A stretch of 64,000 bases of DNA from a virus (IMGVR_UViG_3300025735_000007:42296-106295), one strand, 5' to 3'. Positions 28,575-38,554 are shown, numbered from the stretch's first letter. Numbers and translations are program-made. Notes: a model not told the origin generated them from the letters alone.

Positions 28575-29030
28575 TCACTCCGCAGTCTTGGAGCGATTCA
28601 GCTTTGTCGGATGCTTGTGATGTTCCTTCAAAGCGGCGCGGATGGCTGCGTTCAACTTCGGGTCGCTAAAGTCAATGCCGGCCCCGTCGGTTTCTTCATC
28701 GACGATTTTCTGGAATGCCTGCTGTGTCGGGGTGATATACCGGTCGCCGACTACCTTCTCAATGACCTCCCATGCTTCAGGCATGTATTCGGTCATCACG
28801 ATGCGCAGTAGGTTAGCTGGGTCGAGGCCAAGAGACAGCGCCATCGCATTAACCTTGTTGATAGGCAGCTTCGACTTGCCCTGCTTGAACATCGTAATGA
28901 TGTTCGGGTTCTCATAACCTAGTTCCTGCGTGATCTGGCGCTGAGTCTTCCCGCTCATGTCGATCGCGCGCTCTAAATACTCGGCGACCGTCAACTTCGT
29001 TGCTCGTGGCTTTGCCTGTTTCGCGGCCAT
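28575..29030 (-). CDS. XRE-family HTH transcriptional regulator (candidate repressor)
   Basis: SGKTQRQITQELGY..PNIITMFKQGKSKLP HTH; GGAGG RBS; divergent from main operon. Confidence 0.85.
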   Translation of the reverse strand: MAAKQAKPRATKLTVAEYLERAIDMSGKTQRQITQELGYENPNIITMFKQGKSKLPINKVNAMALSLGLDPANLLRIVMTEYMPEAWEVIEKVVGDRYITPTQQAFQKIVDEETDGAGIDFSDPKLNAAIRAALKEHHKHPTKLNRSKTAE

Positions 29031-29060
29031 GTGGACCTCCCTCTCGTTATTTGGATACGT

Positions 29061-29078
29061 TCAGTAACGCATGACTTT
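29061..29078. promoter_or_regulatory. Palindromic operator upstream of repressor
   Basis: TCAGTAA-CGCA-TGACTTT. Confidence 0.55.
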
Positions 29079-29244
29079 CCGACTGACGGGGAACATCAAT
29101 AAGCAATGACTGATGCTACCCTGATGCGAGCAATTATAGACAACAATTCTGCGTGCCAAGCAGATTAGCCCGGCATTTGTTCAGGAATTGAAAACAGAGA
29201 GCGTCGTTCTGGTTTCGATGGAACCTTATGTGCGCTCTATAATA

Positions 29245-29262
29245 TAAGTCATCGGTTACATA
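29245..29262. promoter_or_regulatory. Palindromic operator just after TATAAT
   Basis: TAAGTCA-TCGG-TTACATA. Confidence 0.7.
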
Positions 29263-29303
29263 TCTGACAAACCGAAAATCAACCACAGAGGAATAGACCA
29301 GCC

Positions 29304-29543
29304 ATGCTGCAGAACTTCACCATCGTCCCCCTGAGCAACGAGCAGGCAATCGTTCTGCGTGCTGAGACGATTGACGTCGGAAGCACACTGGACGGGGGTT
29401 CGATGCAATCGACCATCTGCCGGCATCCCGAATTCGGCAATCTGATCGTCATTGAGAACACCTGTGGTTCCTCCGCCGTAGCGCTCGATAAATCGCACAT
29501 TGAGAAGTTGAGCAACCGGTTATCTCCGCGCCCGACGAACTGA
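29304..29543 (+). CDS. Small hypothetical protein divergent from repressor
   Basis: GAGG RBS, TATAAT at 29238 upstream. Confidence 0.6.
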   Translation: MLQNFTIVPLSNEQAIVLRAETIDVGSTLDGGSMQSTICRHPEFGNLIVIENTCGSSAVALDKSHIEKLSNRLSPRPTN

Positions 29544-29616
29544 CCGCCGAGAGTCGGTCGATAGACTCTTAATTGTCAATTTACAAAGCGTTGTTAATTC
29601 ATCAAAGGGGCGACGA

Positions 29617-31860
29617 ATGCAAGTCAACAGCCGGGTTCTGATCATGCGCGAGGCGATCACCAAGATCGTTCCGATGTTAACTCAGCGATCAGTTAAGGTA
29701 ACGCAGCAGGGCACGCAAGCGTTCGTCTCCTACAACCGCAAGACGTTGGCAATCGAGCGGGTGAATCTGCCCTATATCCCTGAAGACGCGAGTAACGAAC
29801 TTCTCGACGCCACGCAGGGCTTCCTGGACCACGAAGTAGGGCACATCCTGTTCACCGAGCAGAGCATCGTCCTGAAGGCCGAGAAGCTCAAGGTCCACAC
29901 GCTGCACAACATGATCGAGGACACGTTCGTCGAGCGGCGCATGGGCGAGCAGTTCCCCGGTTGCGGCGCAAACCTCACCCGCATGCACGGCTTCTTCCTG
30001 GCCGAATACATCGACACCCAACTGAAGGAAAAGCCGGAGCACTCGGCCGCGATCCTGATGGTCGTCGCGATCCGCGCATGGGCGGGCCAGCCGGCGTTCA
30101 TCGACTACATGGCAGACAAGTGGGGGCTGATGAAGGAGGTCGTCGACCGTCTCGGCAAGGACTTCCCGAAGATGCTGCGCAATGTGCAGAGCTCGGCAGA
30201 TGGTCTGAAGGTGGCGCTCGAAGCGAAGAAGCGCCTCGAGCCGAAGCCGGTTCCGAAAGCGCCGCCGCCACCGCCCGCACCCCCGCCGCCGGCACCGCCG
30301 AGTCCGCCGGAAGAGCCGAGCGAAGAGCCGCAGCCCGGAGCGGGCAGCCCCGGTGAGCCGGGCGACGAAGAAGACCCGGGCCAGCCTGGCGACATGCCGC
30401 CGCTGCCGGGCGATGAGCCACCCGAAGGTGAGGAAATACAGGAGCCCGTGCTGCCGCCCGAAGACGCTACCGCTGAAGAGCCGGCGCAAGAGCCTGCTGA
30501 AGAACCTGGCGCGGAACCCGCGCAGTCTGAAGAGCCCACAGCCGAAGCACCGGCGGGCGAGCCGGCCGACGAGGGAGATGAAGACGAGGGTGACTCGGAC
30601 CCGGGCGCAATGTCGGGCGCAGCCGGTGGGGAGTCGACCGAGGACGATGAAGAAGAGCAAGGCGATGGAGCGGGCGACGGTATGGCGGGCGGCGACGCGT
30701 CGGGTGACACCAGCGAATCGGACGACGGCGATGCCGGGGGCGAAGACGAGAATGGGTCGCGCAGCGCGCCGACTTCGGGCGCTGAAAAGAGCGTCCCGGG
30801 CGGCACGCCGGAAGAGGGCGCCAGTGACTCGAGCGGCACGATCGGCGAGTCGGACCCCGAGCGTGACCTGTTCAAGGAAATCGCCGAAGCCCCGATCAAG
30901 GACTTCGACGAGGCCGCGAGCGACGCGCTCTCGAAAGAGGCCCGGGAAGCCACCCGCAACGCTGCTTATTCGGTTTTCACGCGCGACGAGGACAACCTCG
31001 AGGTGCTGGAAGTGCCAGCCGAGTTCGATCAGGCGACGGTCGTGGAAATGCAGAAGCAGGTCGACCACATGATCGGCCCGCTTCAGAAAGACCTGCAGCG
31101 CGCTATCGCTGCGCGCTCGGCGTCAATCTGGACCGGTGGGCACCGGCGCGGCCAGTTGCACGGCGCGTCGCTCGCCCGGGTGCTGACCGGCCGCGACGAC
31201 GTGTTTCGCCAGAAGCAGGTGAGCCGCACGAAGGACGTGGCGGTAGAACTGGTGGTCGATGCGTCGGGCTCGATGTGGCGCAGGGGCAAGATAGTCGTCG
31301 CCGCCTACGCCGCTTATGCGCTGTCGGCCGTGCTCGACAACATCGGCATCGCGAACGAGGTGGTCGCCTTCAGCACGAAGGACTTCAGCAGCAAGACGGC
31401 GCGGGCCATGCGGGAGGAGGCGGTGGAGCATGGTCTGAACTACTCGCGCACCGCCGCGCTGGACATTCGCATTCTAAAGGCGTTCAACGAGCGGATGACG
31501 CCCGCGACGCGCCGGCGCTTCGCGATGCTTTCGACCGGCGGCGAAATGATGGAAGAGAACGTCGACGGCGAGTCCGTGCAACTGGCGAACCACCGTCTCC
31601 AGCAGCAGCGCTCTGCCCGCAAGGTCATGATGGTGCTCTCGGATGGGATGCCAGCATGCGGCGGGGGCTTGTCCCCGATCCTCAACGAGCATCTGAAGTC
31701 AGTGGTCAAGCAGATCGAGGCTCGCGGCACCGATGTCGTAGCGCTCGGCATTCTCGACGAATCGGTGAAGAAGTTTTACAGGCGCGCGATCGTCCTGAAC
31801 TCGGTCGAGGATCTGCCGCGCGTCGTGATGCATGAATTGCACAAACTCCTCGTGCATTAA
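29617..31860 (+). CDS. CobT-like protein: HExxH domain + Pro/Glu linker + vWA domain
   Basis: DHEVGH; long acidic low-complexity linker; VVDASGSM (MIDAS), NVDGES, VLSDG.P. Confidence 0.88.
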   Translation: MQVNSRVLIMREAITKIVPMLTQRSVKVTQQGTQAFVSYNRKTLAIERVNLPYIPEDASNELLDATQGFLDHEVGHILFTEQSIVLKAEKLKVHTLHNMIEDTFVERRMGEQFPGCGANLTRMHGFFLAEYIDTQLKEKPEHSAAILMVVAIRAWAGQPAFIDYMADKWGLMKEVVDRLGKDFPKMLRNVQSSADGLKVALEAKKRLEPKPVPKAPPPPPAPPPPAPPSPPEEPSEEPQPGAGSPGEPGDEEDPGQPGDMPPLPGDEPPEGEEIQEPVLPPEDATAEEPAQEPAEEPGAEPAQSEEPTAEAPAGEPADEGDEDEGDSDPGAMSGAAGGESTEDDEEEQGDGAGDGMAGGDASGDTSESDDGDAGGEDENGSRSAPTSGAEKSVPGGTPEEGASDSSGTIGESDPERDLFKEIAEAPIKDFDEAASDALSKEAREATRNAAYSVFTRDEDNLEVLEVPAEFDQATVVEMQKQVDHMIGPLQKDLQRAIAARSASIWTGGHRRGQLHGASLARVLTGRDDVFRQKQVSRTKDVAVELVVDASGSMWRRGKIVVAAYAAYALSAVLDNIGIANEVVAFSTKDFSSKTARAMREEAVEHGLNYSRTAALDIRILKAFNERMTPATRRRFAMLSTGGEMMEENVDGESVQLANHRLQQQRSARKVMMVLSDGMPACGGGLSPILNEHLKSVVKQIEARGTDVVALGILDESVKKFYRRAIVLNSVEDLPRVVMHELHKLLVH

Positions 31861-31874
31861 ACAGCCTGCTCGGA

Positions 31875-31919
31875 TAAGTAAGCGTTGACTTGACGATGCC
31901 ATAAGTCACCGCTTACTAT
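31875..31919. promoter_or_regulatory. Tandem pair of palindromic operators upstream of cobS-like gene
   Basis: TAAGTAA-GCGT-TGACTTG (31875) and TAAGTCA-CCGC-TTACTAT (31902). Confidence 0.78.
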
Positions 31920-31976
31920 ATAGTCTGTAACGAATGCAGCGAATTTCAAATTTACGTGATCATCACGGAGGATTTC

Positions 31977-33188
31977 ATGAGTGAATTGGGCGACAAGATC
32001 AAGTGCGCGGAATGCGGCGCACTGACCCACGCAATCCAGCTGCACCTGCCCGAAGCCCATCCGGGCATGACCGTCGCGGACTACCGCGCGAAATACCCGA
32101 ACGAATCGATCCTCTCGGCGCGCGCTGAGGCTGAACTCGCCCGCCGCGAAGCCGCAAAGGCTGCGCCGGCCGTTGCCGTCACCGAAGGCATGGCAGGTAG
32201 CGCGCTGCCCGCTAACGTGGTCGCGCTGAACCCCGAAGGCAAGACCACGGGCACGCTGCACGCCACGTTCGGGCTTCTCGACGGAGCCGGTAACGCGGTG
32301 GCGGCAGCGCTGAACGGTCGCAAAGAGCCGATCCCGGTCACGATCTTCGCGTCGCCGGCCTACGCCGAGCTCGTGCCGGATGTCGACCCCGGCTTCATTT
32401 TCGACATCGACAACCTGAAGAACGCCCTGATGGCGATTGAGCTCCGCAAGAACCTCTACGTGTGGGGTCACGCCGGGACGGGTAAGACGACCCTGATTGA
32501 ACAGATTTGCGCGCGCACTGGCCGCCCGGTTATGCGCGTGCAGCACTCGATCGGCACCGAAGAATCGCACGTCCTCGGTCAGTGGGTGGTGCGCGGCGGG
32601 CAGACGGAATTCCAGCCGGGCCTGCTCCCGCTTGCAATGCGCAACGGGTGGACCTACCTCGCCGACGAATACGACTTCGGTAACCCGGCCGTGCTAGCGG
32701 TGTATCAGCCGATTCTGGAGCCGGGTAAGTCACTGGTTATTAAAGACGCGCCGGACGAATGGCGCGTGGTCAAGCCGCACGAGAACTTCCGCTTCGTGGC
32801 GACGGGCAACACGAACGGCTCGGGCGACGACACAGGCCTGTATCAGGGCACCCAGATCCAGAACGCCGCGAACTACGACCGTTTCGGCATGGTGCTCGAG
32901 GCGACCTACATGAAGGCCGAGCTCGAGTCGGCGATTCTCGTCAACCGCGCGAAGGTGAAGAAGGAACACGCCGACAAGCTGGTCGACTTCGCCAACCGTG
33001 TGCGCGAGTCCTACAAGAACAAGGAAGTCTCGAACACGATCAGCCCGCGATGCCTGATCGACGCGGCCGACATCGGTCTGCGCAAGGGCAGCTGGCGAGC
33101 CGGCCTGACCCTCTCCTTCATCAACAAGCTCTCCGCGGTGGACCGCGCTGTCATTGACGGCGTTGCATCGCGCGTTTTCGACAAGTAA
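31977..33188 (+). CDS. CobS/MoxR-like AAA+ ATPase with N-terminal C2H2-like finger
   Basis: GHAGTGKT, ADEYD, ATGNT.GSGD..GLYQG, DRF; N-terminal CAEC..H...H. Confidence 0.9.
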   Translation: MSELGDKIKCAECGALTHAIQLHLPEAHPGMTVADYRAKYPNESILSARAEAELARREAAKAAPAVAVTEGMAGSALPANVVALNPEGKTTGTLHATFGLLDGAGNAVAAALNGRKEPIPVTIFASPAYAELVPDVDPGFIFDIDNLKNALMAIELRKNLYVWGHAGTGKTTLIEQICARTGRPVMRVQHSIGTEESHVLGQWVVRGGQTEFQPGLLPLAMRNGWTYLADEYDFGNPAVLAVYQPILEPGKSLVIKDAPDEWRVVKPHENFRFVATGNTNGSGDDTGLYQGTQIQNAANYDRFGMVLEATYMKAELESAILVNRAKVKKEHADKLVDFANRVRESYKNKEVSNTISPRCLIDAADIGLRKGSWRAGLTLSFINKLSAVDRAVIDGVASRVFDK

Positions 33189-33195
33189 TTCAGGA

Positions 33196-33849
33196 ATGAC
33201 CATGCTGCAATCGGCCCAATCGACCAATGCCAACAAACGCACCTCGACACGCTACGAGGATCACACGGGGATGCTGCACACACTCGCCAGGCGTGGCTGG
33301 GGCCGGTTACTGGAGAACGGGCTCGACACGCCCTATGAGGATGTGTTCCAGCAGATGTGCGAGTCGTTCGTGAAGTGCCAGGCGACCTACGACGCGTCGA
33401 AGGGCTTCAGTTTCTCCGCGTATTACGGGCGCTCGGTCTGGAACAACTTCAACAAGTGGGCCGAGCGCATCATCGAGGAGAAGCACACGCTCGGTATGGT
33501 CAGTGTCGAATCGCTTTGCGGCAGTGACGAAGATGGCGAGCGCGACGTCTACGAGTTCATCGAGCAGAACGAGGACGACGCCGACGATTCGCCCGAAGAG
33601 CGCCTCGCCGCGCGTCAGGAGAGCCACCGGCTCGCCCGCATGCTCTCGGACGACGCCAAGCGTATCGTCGCGCTGCTCGTCAACCCGACCGCGGACCTGA
33701 ACGCATGGATGGACGCGCGCAACGCCCGCATGCTGAAGAAGTTCCAGCACATCAATATTTGGATGCTCGGCGAGTATCTGGGCTTGAAGCGCGACAAGAC
33801 GGCGCGCCTGCGCCTGGAACTCGAACGCGTCTACGGGGTGACGCTGTAA
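33196..33849 (+). CDS. Sigma70-like factor (region 2 recognisable)
   Basis: YEDVFQQ...YDASKGFSFSAY region-2 signature, SVESL and PEE region-3 linker, C-terminal helix pair. Confidence 0.7.
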   Translation: MTMLQSAQSTNANKRTSTRYEDHTGMLHTLARRGWGRLLENGLDTPYEDVFQQMCESFVKCQATYDASKGFSFSAYYGRSVWNNFNKWAERIIEEKHTLGMVSVESLCGSDEDGERDVYEFIEQNEDDADDSPEERLAARQESHRLARMLSDDAKRIVALLVNPTADLNAWMDARNARMLKKFQHINIWMLGEYLGLKRDKTARLRLELERVYGVTL

Positions 33850-34463
33850 TGGTCCACCCGAGCTGCTTCGGCCTGCCGTCCGTCTTCGTGGCGACGCTGC
33901 CGGCGTGCGTCGCGTGCGCCTCGCGCGTGCGCTGCATCCCGACCTGCCACGCGATGCTCGTCTCGCTGTCCGACAAGATCGACGTGACGGCACCGCTCGC
34001 GCAGCTTGAACGCACTGCCAAGGTCGTGACTGCGCAGTCGATCCCTGCAACCGACGTTGAAACGACGATCGCGGCACCGATGCCCGCCGCGGTGCGGGTG
34101 AATTTGGCTATCGGTGCACCCGAACAGACCGCGCTCGCAGCGCTGCCGGTGCGCGCGGCCAAGGTGCTCAAGCCCTTACTCGCCCGTGGTGGAGACGTCA
34201 GGGCGAGGCTCGCGCTCGCGAAAGGGCAGAACCCCTTTGACGCCGATGCGCCGCGCTGGCTGCAATTCGCGGGCGAGCGCCTGATTGCCGGCCGGTTCAC
34301 GAAAGCCGGGCTGCGCGAAGCATTCGTGAAGGAATACGGCTGGTCAGAGGCGACCGCCTTCTCACGCGTGTCCCTTGTCGTCGCGCTGATCCCGACGCTG
34401 CGGCTCGGGCACGTCGTGGGCGATACCGTGCTGTGTGCGCCGACGCCCGCCCGCGATCATTAA
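33849..34463 (+). CDS. Hypothetical protein with Cys-rich N-terminus
   Basis: CFG...CxxC....C; TAATG coupling. Confidence 0.65.
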   Translation: MVHPSCFGLPSVFVATLPACVACASRVRCIPTCHAMLVSLSDKIDVTAPLAQLERTAKVVTAQSIPATDVETTIAAPMPAAVRVNLAIGAPEQTALAALPVRAAKVLKPLLARGGDVRARLALAKGQNPFDADAPRWLQFAGERLIAGRFTKAGLREAFVKEYGWSEATAFSRVSLVVALIPTLRLGHVVGDTVLCAPTPARDH

Positions 34464-34491
34464 TTTCTAGTCACACGAACAGGGGAACGAG

Positions 34492-37400
34492 TTGAACATC
34501 AAGCACCTCCTGTCCGCGCGCAGCGATTTCTCGCTCGGCGAGTCCACCTTGCAGGTGGGCAAGCTGATCGAGCGCGCGAAGGAACAGGGTTATGAAACCG
34601 TCGCACTCGTGGACAACATGACCATTTCGAACATGGTCGCGTTCACCGACAAGGCGAAGAAAGCGGGCATCAAGCCGATCGTCGGTTGCACGATCCGGGT
34701 TGTCGATGATCCGACATATCGCAAGCCGGCGAAGACGTCGGGCGAGGCCGAGAAACCGAATCCGCTGATCAACCTGAAGGTCTACGCGCAGACGGACAAG
34801 GGCATCCGTTCGCTGATGAAGCTGCTCTCCAAGGGCAACTCGCCGGAATATTTCTACTATCACTCCCGTGTCGGCATCGAGGATGTCCTCGCGCTGGAGG
34901 ACTGCGCGATCTCGACCGGCGACTTCTACGGCCTGTTCCACCACAAGCGCTACGACGAAATCTTCTGGCGCCTCGTTCAGGTGCACGGCACGCGGCTGTG
35001 GGTCGAGTTCGTGCCGGGCAACACGCCGCTGCACAAGACGCTGAACGCTCGCGCGCTGGAGGTCATGCACAAGTATGAAATGCCCCCGATCGGCACCTGG
35101 CCCGCGCTCTACGCGACCGAGGATCAGGCCGACTCGCTGGACGTGCTGCGCGCGATCCTGAACAACAACAAGATGACCGACCGCTGGCTGAACAAGCCCT
35201 ACGTGCGCGACTTCTGCATCAAGGCGCCCGGCGACGTGGTGCGCGCGCTGGTCGGTCAGAGCCTGCCCGCGAAAGAGATCATTGCTGGAAATCAGGCGCT
35301 CGTTGACTCCTGCACCTACGAGTTCAAGAAGCTCGAGCCGTGCCTGCCGAAGATGGCACCGGACGAATTCAAGGCGCTGTGCGCCGAGGTTGCCAAGGGC
35401 TGGCAGCTGCGCTTTTCGGCGCCGGTGCTCGGTCATCAACCGTTGCCCGAAGACCTGCCGCAATACAAGCAGCGTCTCGCCTACGAGCTCGAAACGCTGC
35501 GCAACATGGGCTTTTCTGGTTACTTCCTGCTGGTGCAGCACATCGTCCAGTGGTCGAAGAGCAACGGCATTATCGTCGGCCCGGGCCGCGGTTCGGTGGG
35601 CGGCTCGCTGGTCGCTTACCTGATGGGCATCACGGACGTCGACCCGATCCGCTTCAATCTGTTGTTCGAACGTTTCATCAACCCGGAGCGTCTGGACTTG
35701 CCCGACGCCGACCTCGACTTCATGTCGAAGCGCCGCGCCGAGGTGATCGAATACATCGCCGAGAAGTTCGGGCGCGAGAACGTCGCCGGGGTGTCGAACT
35801 ACAACACAATGGGCGCCGCGGGCGTCATGCGTGATACGAGTCGCGTCCACGAGCTCAACCCGTTCGATTATGCCTGCTCGAAGCAGATGGAAAAACAGCA
35901 CGGGGTGTCGCTGTCGCTCGAGGAATCCGCCGCGATCGTGCCGGAGATCGACAAGTTCAAGGGCGCCTACCCGGAAATCTGGAAGCACATGATCAACCTC
36001 GAAGGCGCGACGCGCGGGCTCGGGCAGCACGCCGCGGGCGTGATCGTCGCCGGCGAGCCGATCGTCAACCGCGCGGTGGTCGAAACCCGCACCGGCGGCC
36101 CGGTATGCAACTGGGACAAGCGCGTGGTCGAGGACTGGGGGCTGATCAAGATGGACATCTTGGGCCTGACGAACCTCGACGTGATGAAGCTCGCCTCAGA
36201 CTACATCGAGGAGCGGCACGGCAAGAAGATCGACTTCCTGCGGCTGCCACTTGACGATAAAAGGGTCATGGAGGCATTTGGGCGCGGGGACACAACGGGC
36301 GTGTTCCAGTTCGAGTCGCCTGGCATGCGGCGTCTGTTGCGTGAAATGGCGCTCGCGGGCTCGGTGACATTCGATGATCTGGTCGCCGTCGTTGCACTGT
36401 ATCGCCCGGGTCCGCTGGATGCCGGTCTGTGCGACGACTACGTGGCGATCAAGCAGGGTGCGAAGATGGCCTACTACGAGCACCCGAACATGGCCCCGGC
36501 GCTGCGCGACACCTACGGCGTGATCGTGTATCAGGAGCAGGTCATGCAGATCGCGCGTGACCTTGCGGGCTTCACGTTTGCGGGCGCCGACCATCTGCGT
36601 AAAGCGATGGGTAAGAAGGACAAGGAGAAGATGGCCGAAATGCGCCAGAAGTGGGTCGACGGCTGCATGTCGCACTCTGGCATGACCGAAGGCTCTGCCA
36701 ATGCGCTGTTCGACAAGATCGAGGTGTTCGCAGGCTATGCCTTCAACAAGTCGCACTCGGTCGAATACGCGGTGATTTCCTTCTGGACGATGTGGCTGAA
36801 GGTCAACTATCCGGCCGAGTTCTTCGCGGCGTCGCTGACCGAGATCGACAAGGAAGAAAAGCGCGAGCCTCTCGTCATGGACGCGCGGCGCATGAACATG
36901 CAGGTGTTGCCACCTGACGTGAACCGCTCAAGCGCGCGGGTCGAGATCGTGGGCGAGGACAAGCTCTATGCCCCGTTCCAGGCGCTCAAGGGGCTCTCCA
37001 CCAACGCGGCAGGCTATATCGTCGATGCCCGCACGAAGTGGGGCAAGCCATTCGAGAACCGCACCGACCTGGATGCGGCGCTGAAGGCTGCCGGCTACAC
37101 CGGCCGGCACATCAACCAGGCGGTCAAGGACAAGCTGGTGCTCATCGGCGCATTCGCCGAGTGCGAGGGCGACAAGTTCCCCGCCATGCACCCCGATCGG
37201 CTGAAGAATCGCATCGAGCTACTGCCAGGGTTCACGGTCGATACTGTGAAAGCAGACAGAACGCTAAACGCTGAAAGGCTTGCACTGCTTGAACTGGTGC
37301 GCATCGCAGAGGAAACGCGGGCGTGCGAGAAGTGCTCGCTGAAGGGCGGGTGTCATCCGATGCCGCGCATCGGCAAGACGCCGAAGTTCATGGTGGTGTC

Positions 37401-37836
37401 CGACAACCCGAACTGGCAGGAGGAGAAGGCGGGCAAGCTGCTCGAAGGCGACAACGCGAAGCTCGTGATCAACGCGCTGAAGGAAGCAGGGCTCTCGGCT
37501 CACGACGGCTATTTCACCACGCTGGTGAAGTCCGGGAAGCCGAAGGACCAGAAGACGCTCACCAACGAACAGATCAACGGATGCTCGGAGTTTCTCAAGC
37601 GCGAGCTGGAGATCCTCAAGCCGCCGGTCATCGTCACGCTGGGCAGCAACGCGGCGCGCTTCTTTGCGCCGGGAGTGAAGGGCGGCTCGATGGAGCTTGC
37701 GGGCAAGGTGATCTTCGATCCGAAGCTCGACGCCTCGATTGTCTTTGGCATCAACCCGGGACAGATTTTCCATGACCCGGGCAAGTATTCGATTTTGCAA
37801 ACCGTGGCTACGAAAGTGGCCGACCTGATCACTTAA
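34492..37836 (+). CDS. dnaE: DNA polymerase III alpha (DnaE) with C-terminal family-4 UDG-like domain
   Basis: GPGRGS, PDADLDF, KMDILGL, YAFNKSH; C-terminal CEKC...ELEILKPPVIVTLG. Confidence 0.93.
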   Translation: MNIKHLLSARSDFSLGESTLQVGKLIERAKEQGYETVALVDNMTISNMVAFTDKAKKAGIKPIVGCTIRVVDDPTYRKPAKTSGEAEKPNPLINLKVYAQTDKGIRSLMKLLSKGNSPEYFYYHSRVGIEDVLALEDCAISTGDFYGLFHHKRYDEIFWRLVQVHGTRLWVEFVPGNTPLHKTLNARALEVMHKYEMPPIGTWPALYATEDQADSLDVLRAILNNNKMTDRWLNKPYVRDFCIKAPGDVVRALVGQSLPAKEIIAGNQALVDSCTYEFKKLEPCLPKMAPDEFKALCAEVAKGWQLRFSAPVLGHQPLPEDLPQYKQRLAYELETLRNMGFSGYFLLVQHIVQWSKSNGIIVGPGRGSVGGSLVAYLMGITDVDPIRFNLLFERFINPERLDLPDADLDFMSKRRAEVIEYIAEKFGRENVAGVSNYNTMGAAGVMRDTSRVHELNPFDYACSKQMEKQHGVSLSLEESAAIVPEIDKFKGAYPEIWKHMINLEGATRGLGQHAAGVIVAGEPIVNRAVVETRTGGPVCNWDKRVVEDWGLIKMDILGLTNLDVMKLASDYIEERHGKKIDFLRLPLDDKRVMEAFGRGDTTGVFQFESPGMRRLLREMALAGSVTFDDLVAVVALYRPGPLDAGLCDDYVAIKQGAKMAYYEHPNMAPALRDTYGVIVYQEQVMQIARDLAGFTFAGADHLRKAMGKKDKEKMAEMRQKWVDGCMSHSGMTEGSANALFDKIEVFAGYAFNKSHSVEYAVISFWTMWLKVNYPAEFFAASLTEIDKEEKREPLVMDARRMNMQVLPPDVNRSSARVEIVGEDKLYAPFQALKGLSTNAAGYIVDARTKWGKPFENRTDLDAALKAAGYTGRHINQAVKDKLVLIGAFAECEGDKFPAMHPDRLKNRIELLPGFTVDTVKADRTLNAERLALLELVRIAEETRACEKCSLKGGCHPMPRIGKTPKFMVVSDNPNWQEEKAGKLLEGDNAKLVINALKEAGLSAHDGYFTTLVKSGKPKDQKTLTNEQINGCSEFLKRELEILKPPVIVTLGSNAARFFAPGVKGGSMELAGKVIFDPKLDASIVFGINPGQIFHDPGKYSILQTVATKVADLIT

Positions 37837-37848
37837 AAAGGAACACTC

Positions 37849-38508
37849 ATGACCAACGAAGCACTGTCCGTAGCAGAAATGGCCGCACTGGTTGGCGACC
37901 TCGAAACCCCGCCGACTGCCCCGATCGTCAATGCGACGATCGCCAGTGCACCGGCAGCCGCCGCGCCCGCACCGACGCCCAAGACCGCCGAGCCGACCGC
38001 ATCGGGCCTGAAGGTCTTCGTGGACGTCGACCAGCTGAAGAAGGATCTGCAGGTGAATCCGAACGATCTGGACGACGCGGTGATCAGCCAGGCGCCGATG
38101 TTCGTGCACTACGCGCAGCAGGCCGCGCAGGCTCGCCGCCAGTGGGAAAAGAGCAAGCTCGCCGCCGAGGTCACGGAATCCCAACTCGACGCAGCATGGC
38201 GCAAGAAATTCCTCGAAGACGGCACCAAGGTGACCGAGAAGGTGGTGGAGAACGCCGTGAAGGCCGACCCGCGCTACATCAAGGCTCACACGCAGGTGAT
38301 CGAGGCGCGCGCGCTGTATGACATCGCGAACGACGCGCGCGAAGCCTACATGCAGCGCAAGGACATGATCGTGCAGGTCTCAGTCGATCGCCGCCGCGAG
38401 CGTGAGGGCCAGCTACGCATCCAGGCTGCGCGCGAGGGCGAGATTGCCGCGCAGTCGGGTCGCGACGCGGCGCTCGCCGCTGAAGCTGCGCGTCGCCAAG
38501 CAGCCTGA
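37849..38508 (+). CDS. UvsY-like recombination mediator
   Basis: LKKDLQVN..L, AVKAD, EAY.QRKDMI resemble T4 UvsY helices; next to SSB and RecA. Confidence 0.55.
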   Translation: MTNEALSVAEMAALVGDLETPPTAPIVNATIASAPAAAAPAPTPKTAEPTASGLKVFVDVDQLKKDLQVNPNDLDDAVISQAPMFVHYAQQAAQARRQWEKSKLAAEVTESQLDAAWRKKFLEDGTKVTEKVVENAVKADPRYIKAHTQVIEARALYDIANDAREAYMQRKDMIVQVSVDRRREREGQLRIQAAREGEIAAQSGRDAALAAEAARRQAA

Positions 38509-38536
38509 CAGGATCTTTTCGATTCGGTCGGTTGAA

Positions 38537-38554
38537 TAAGTCACCGCTTACTAT
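38537..38554. promoter_or_regulatory. Palindromic operator overlapping TATACT, upstream of SSB
   Basis: TAAGTCA-CCGC-TTACTAT. Confidence 0.78.

Noticed and set aside
29617-33188. Cobalamin biosynthesis role for cobS/cobT-like genes
   Set aside because: No cobN or other cob genes; the context is phage replication and regulation
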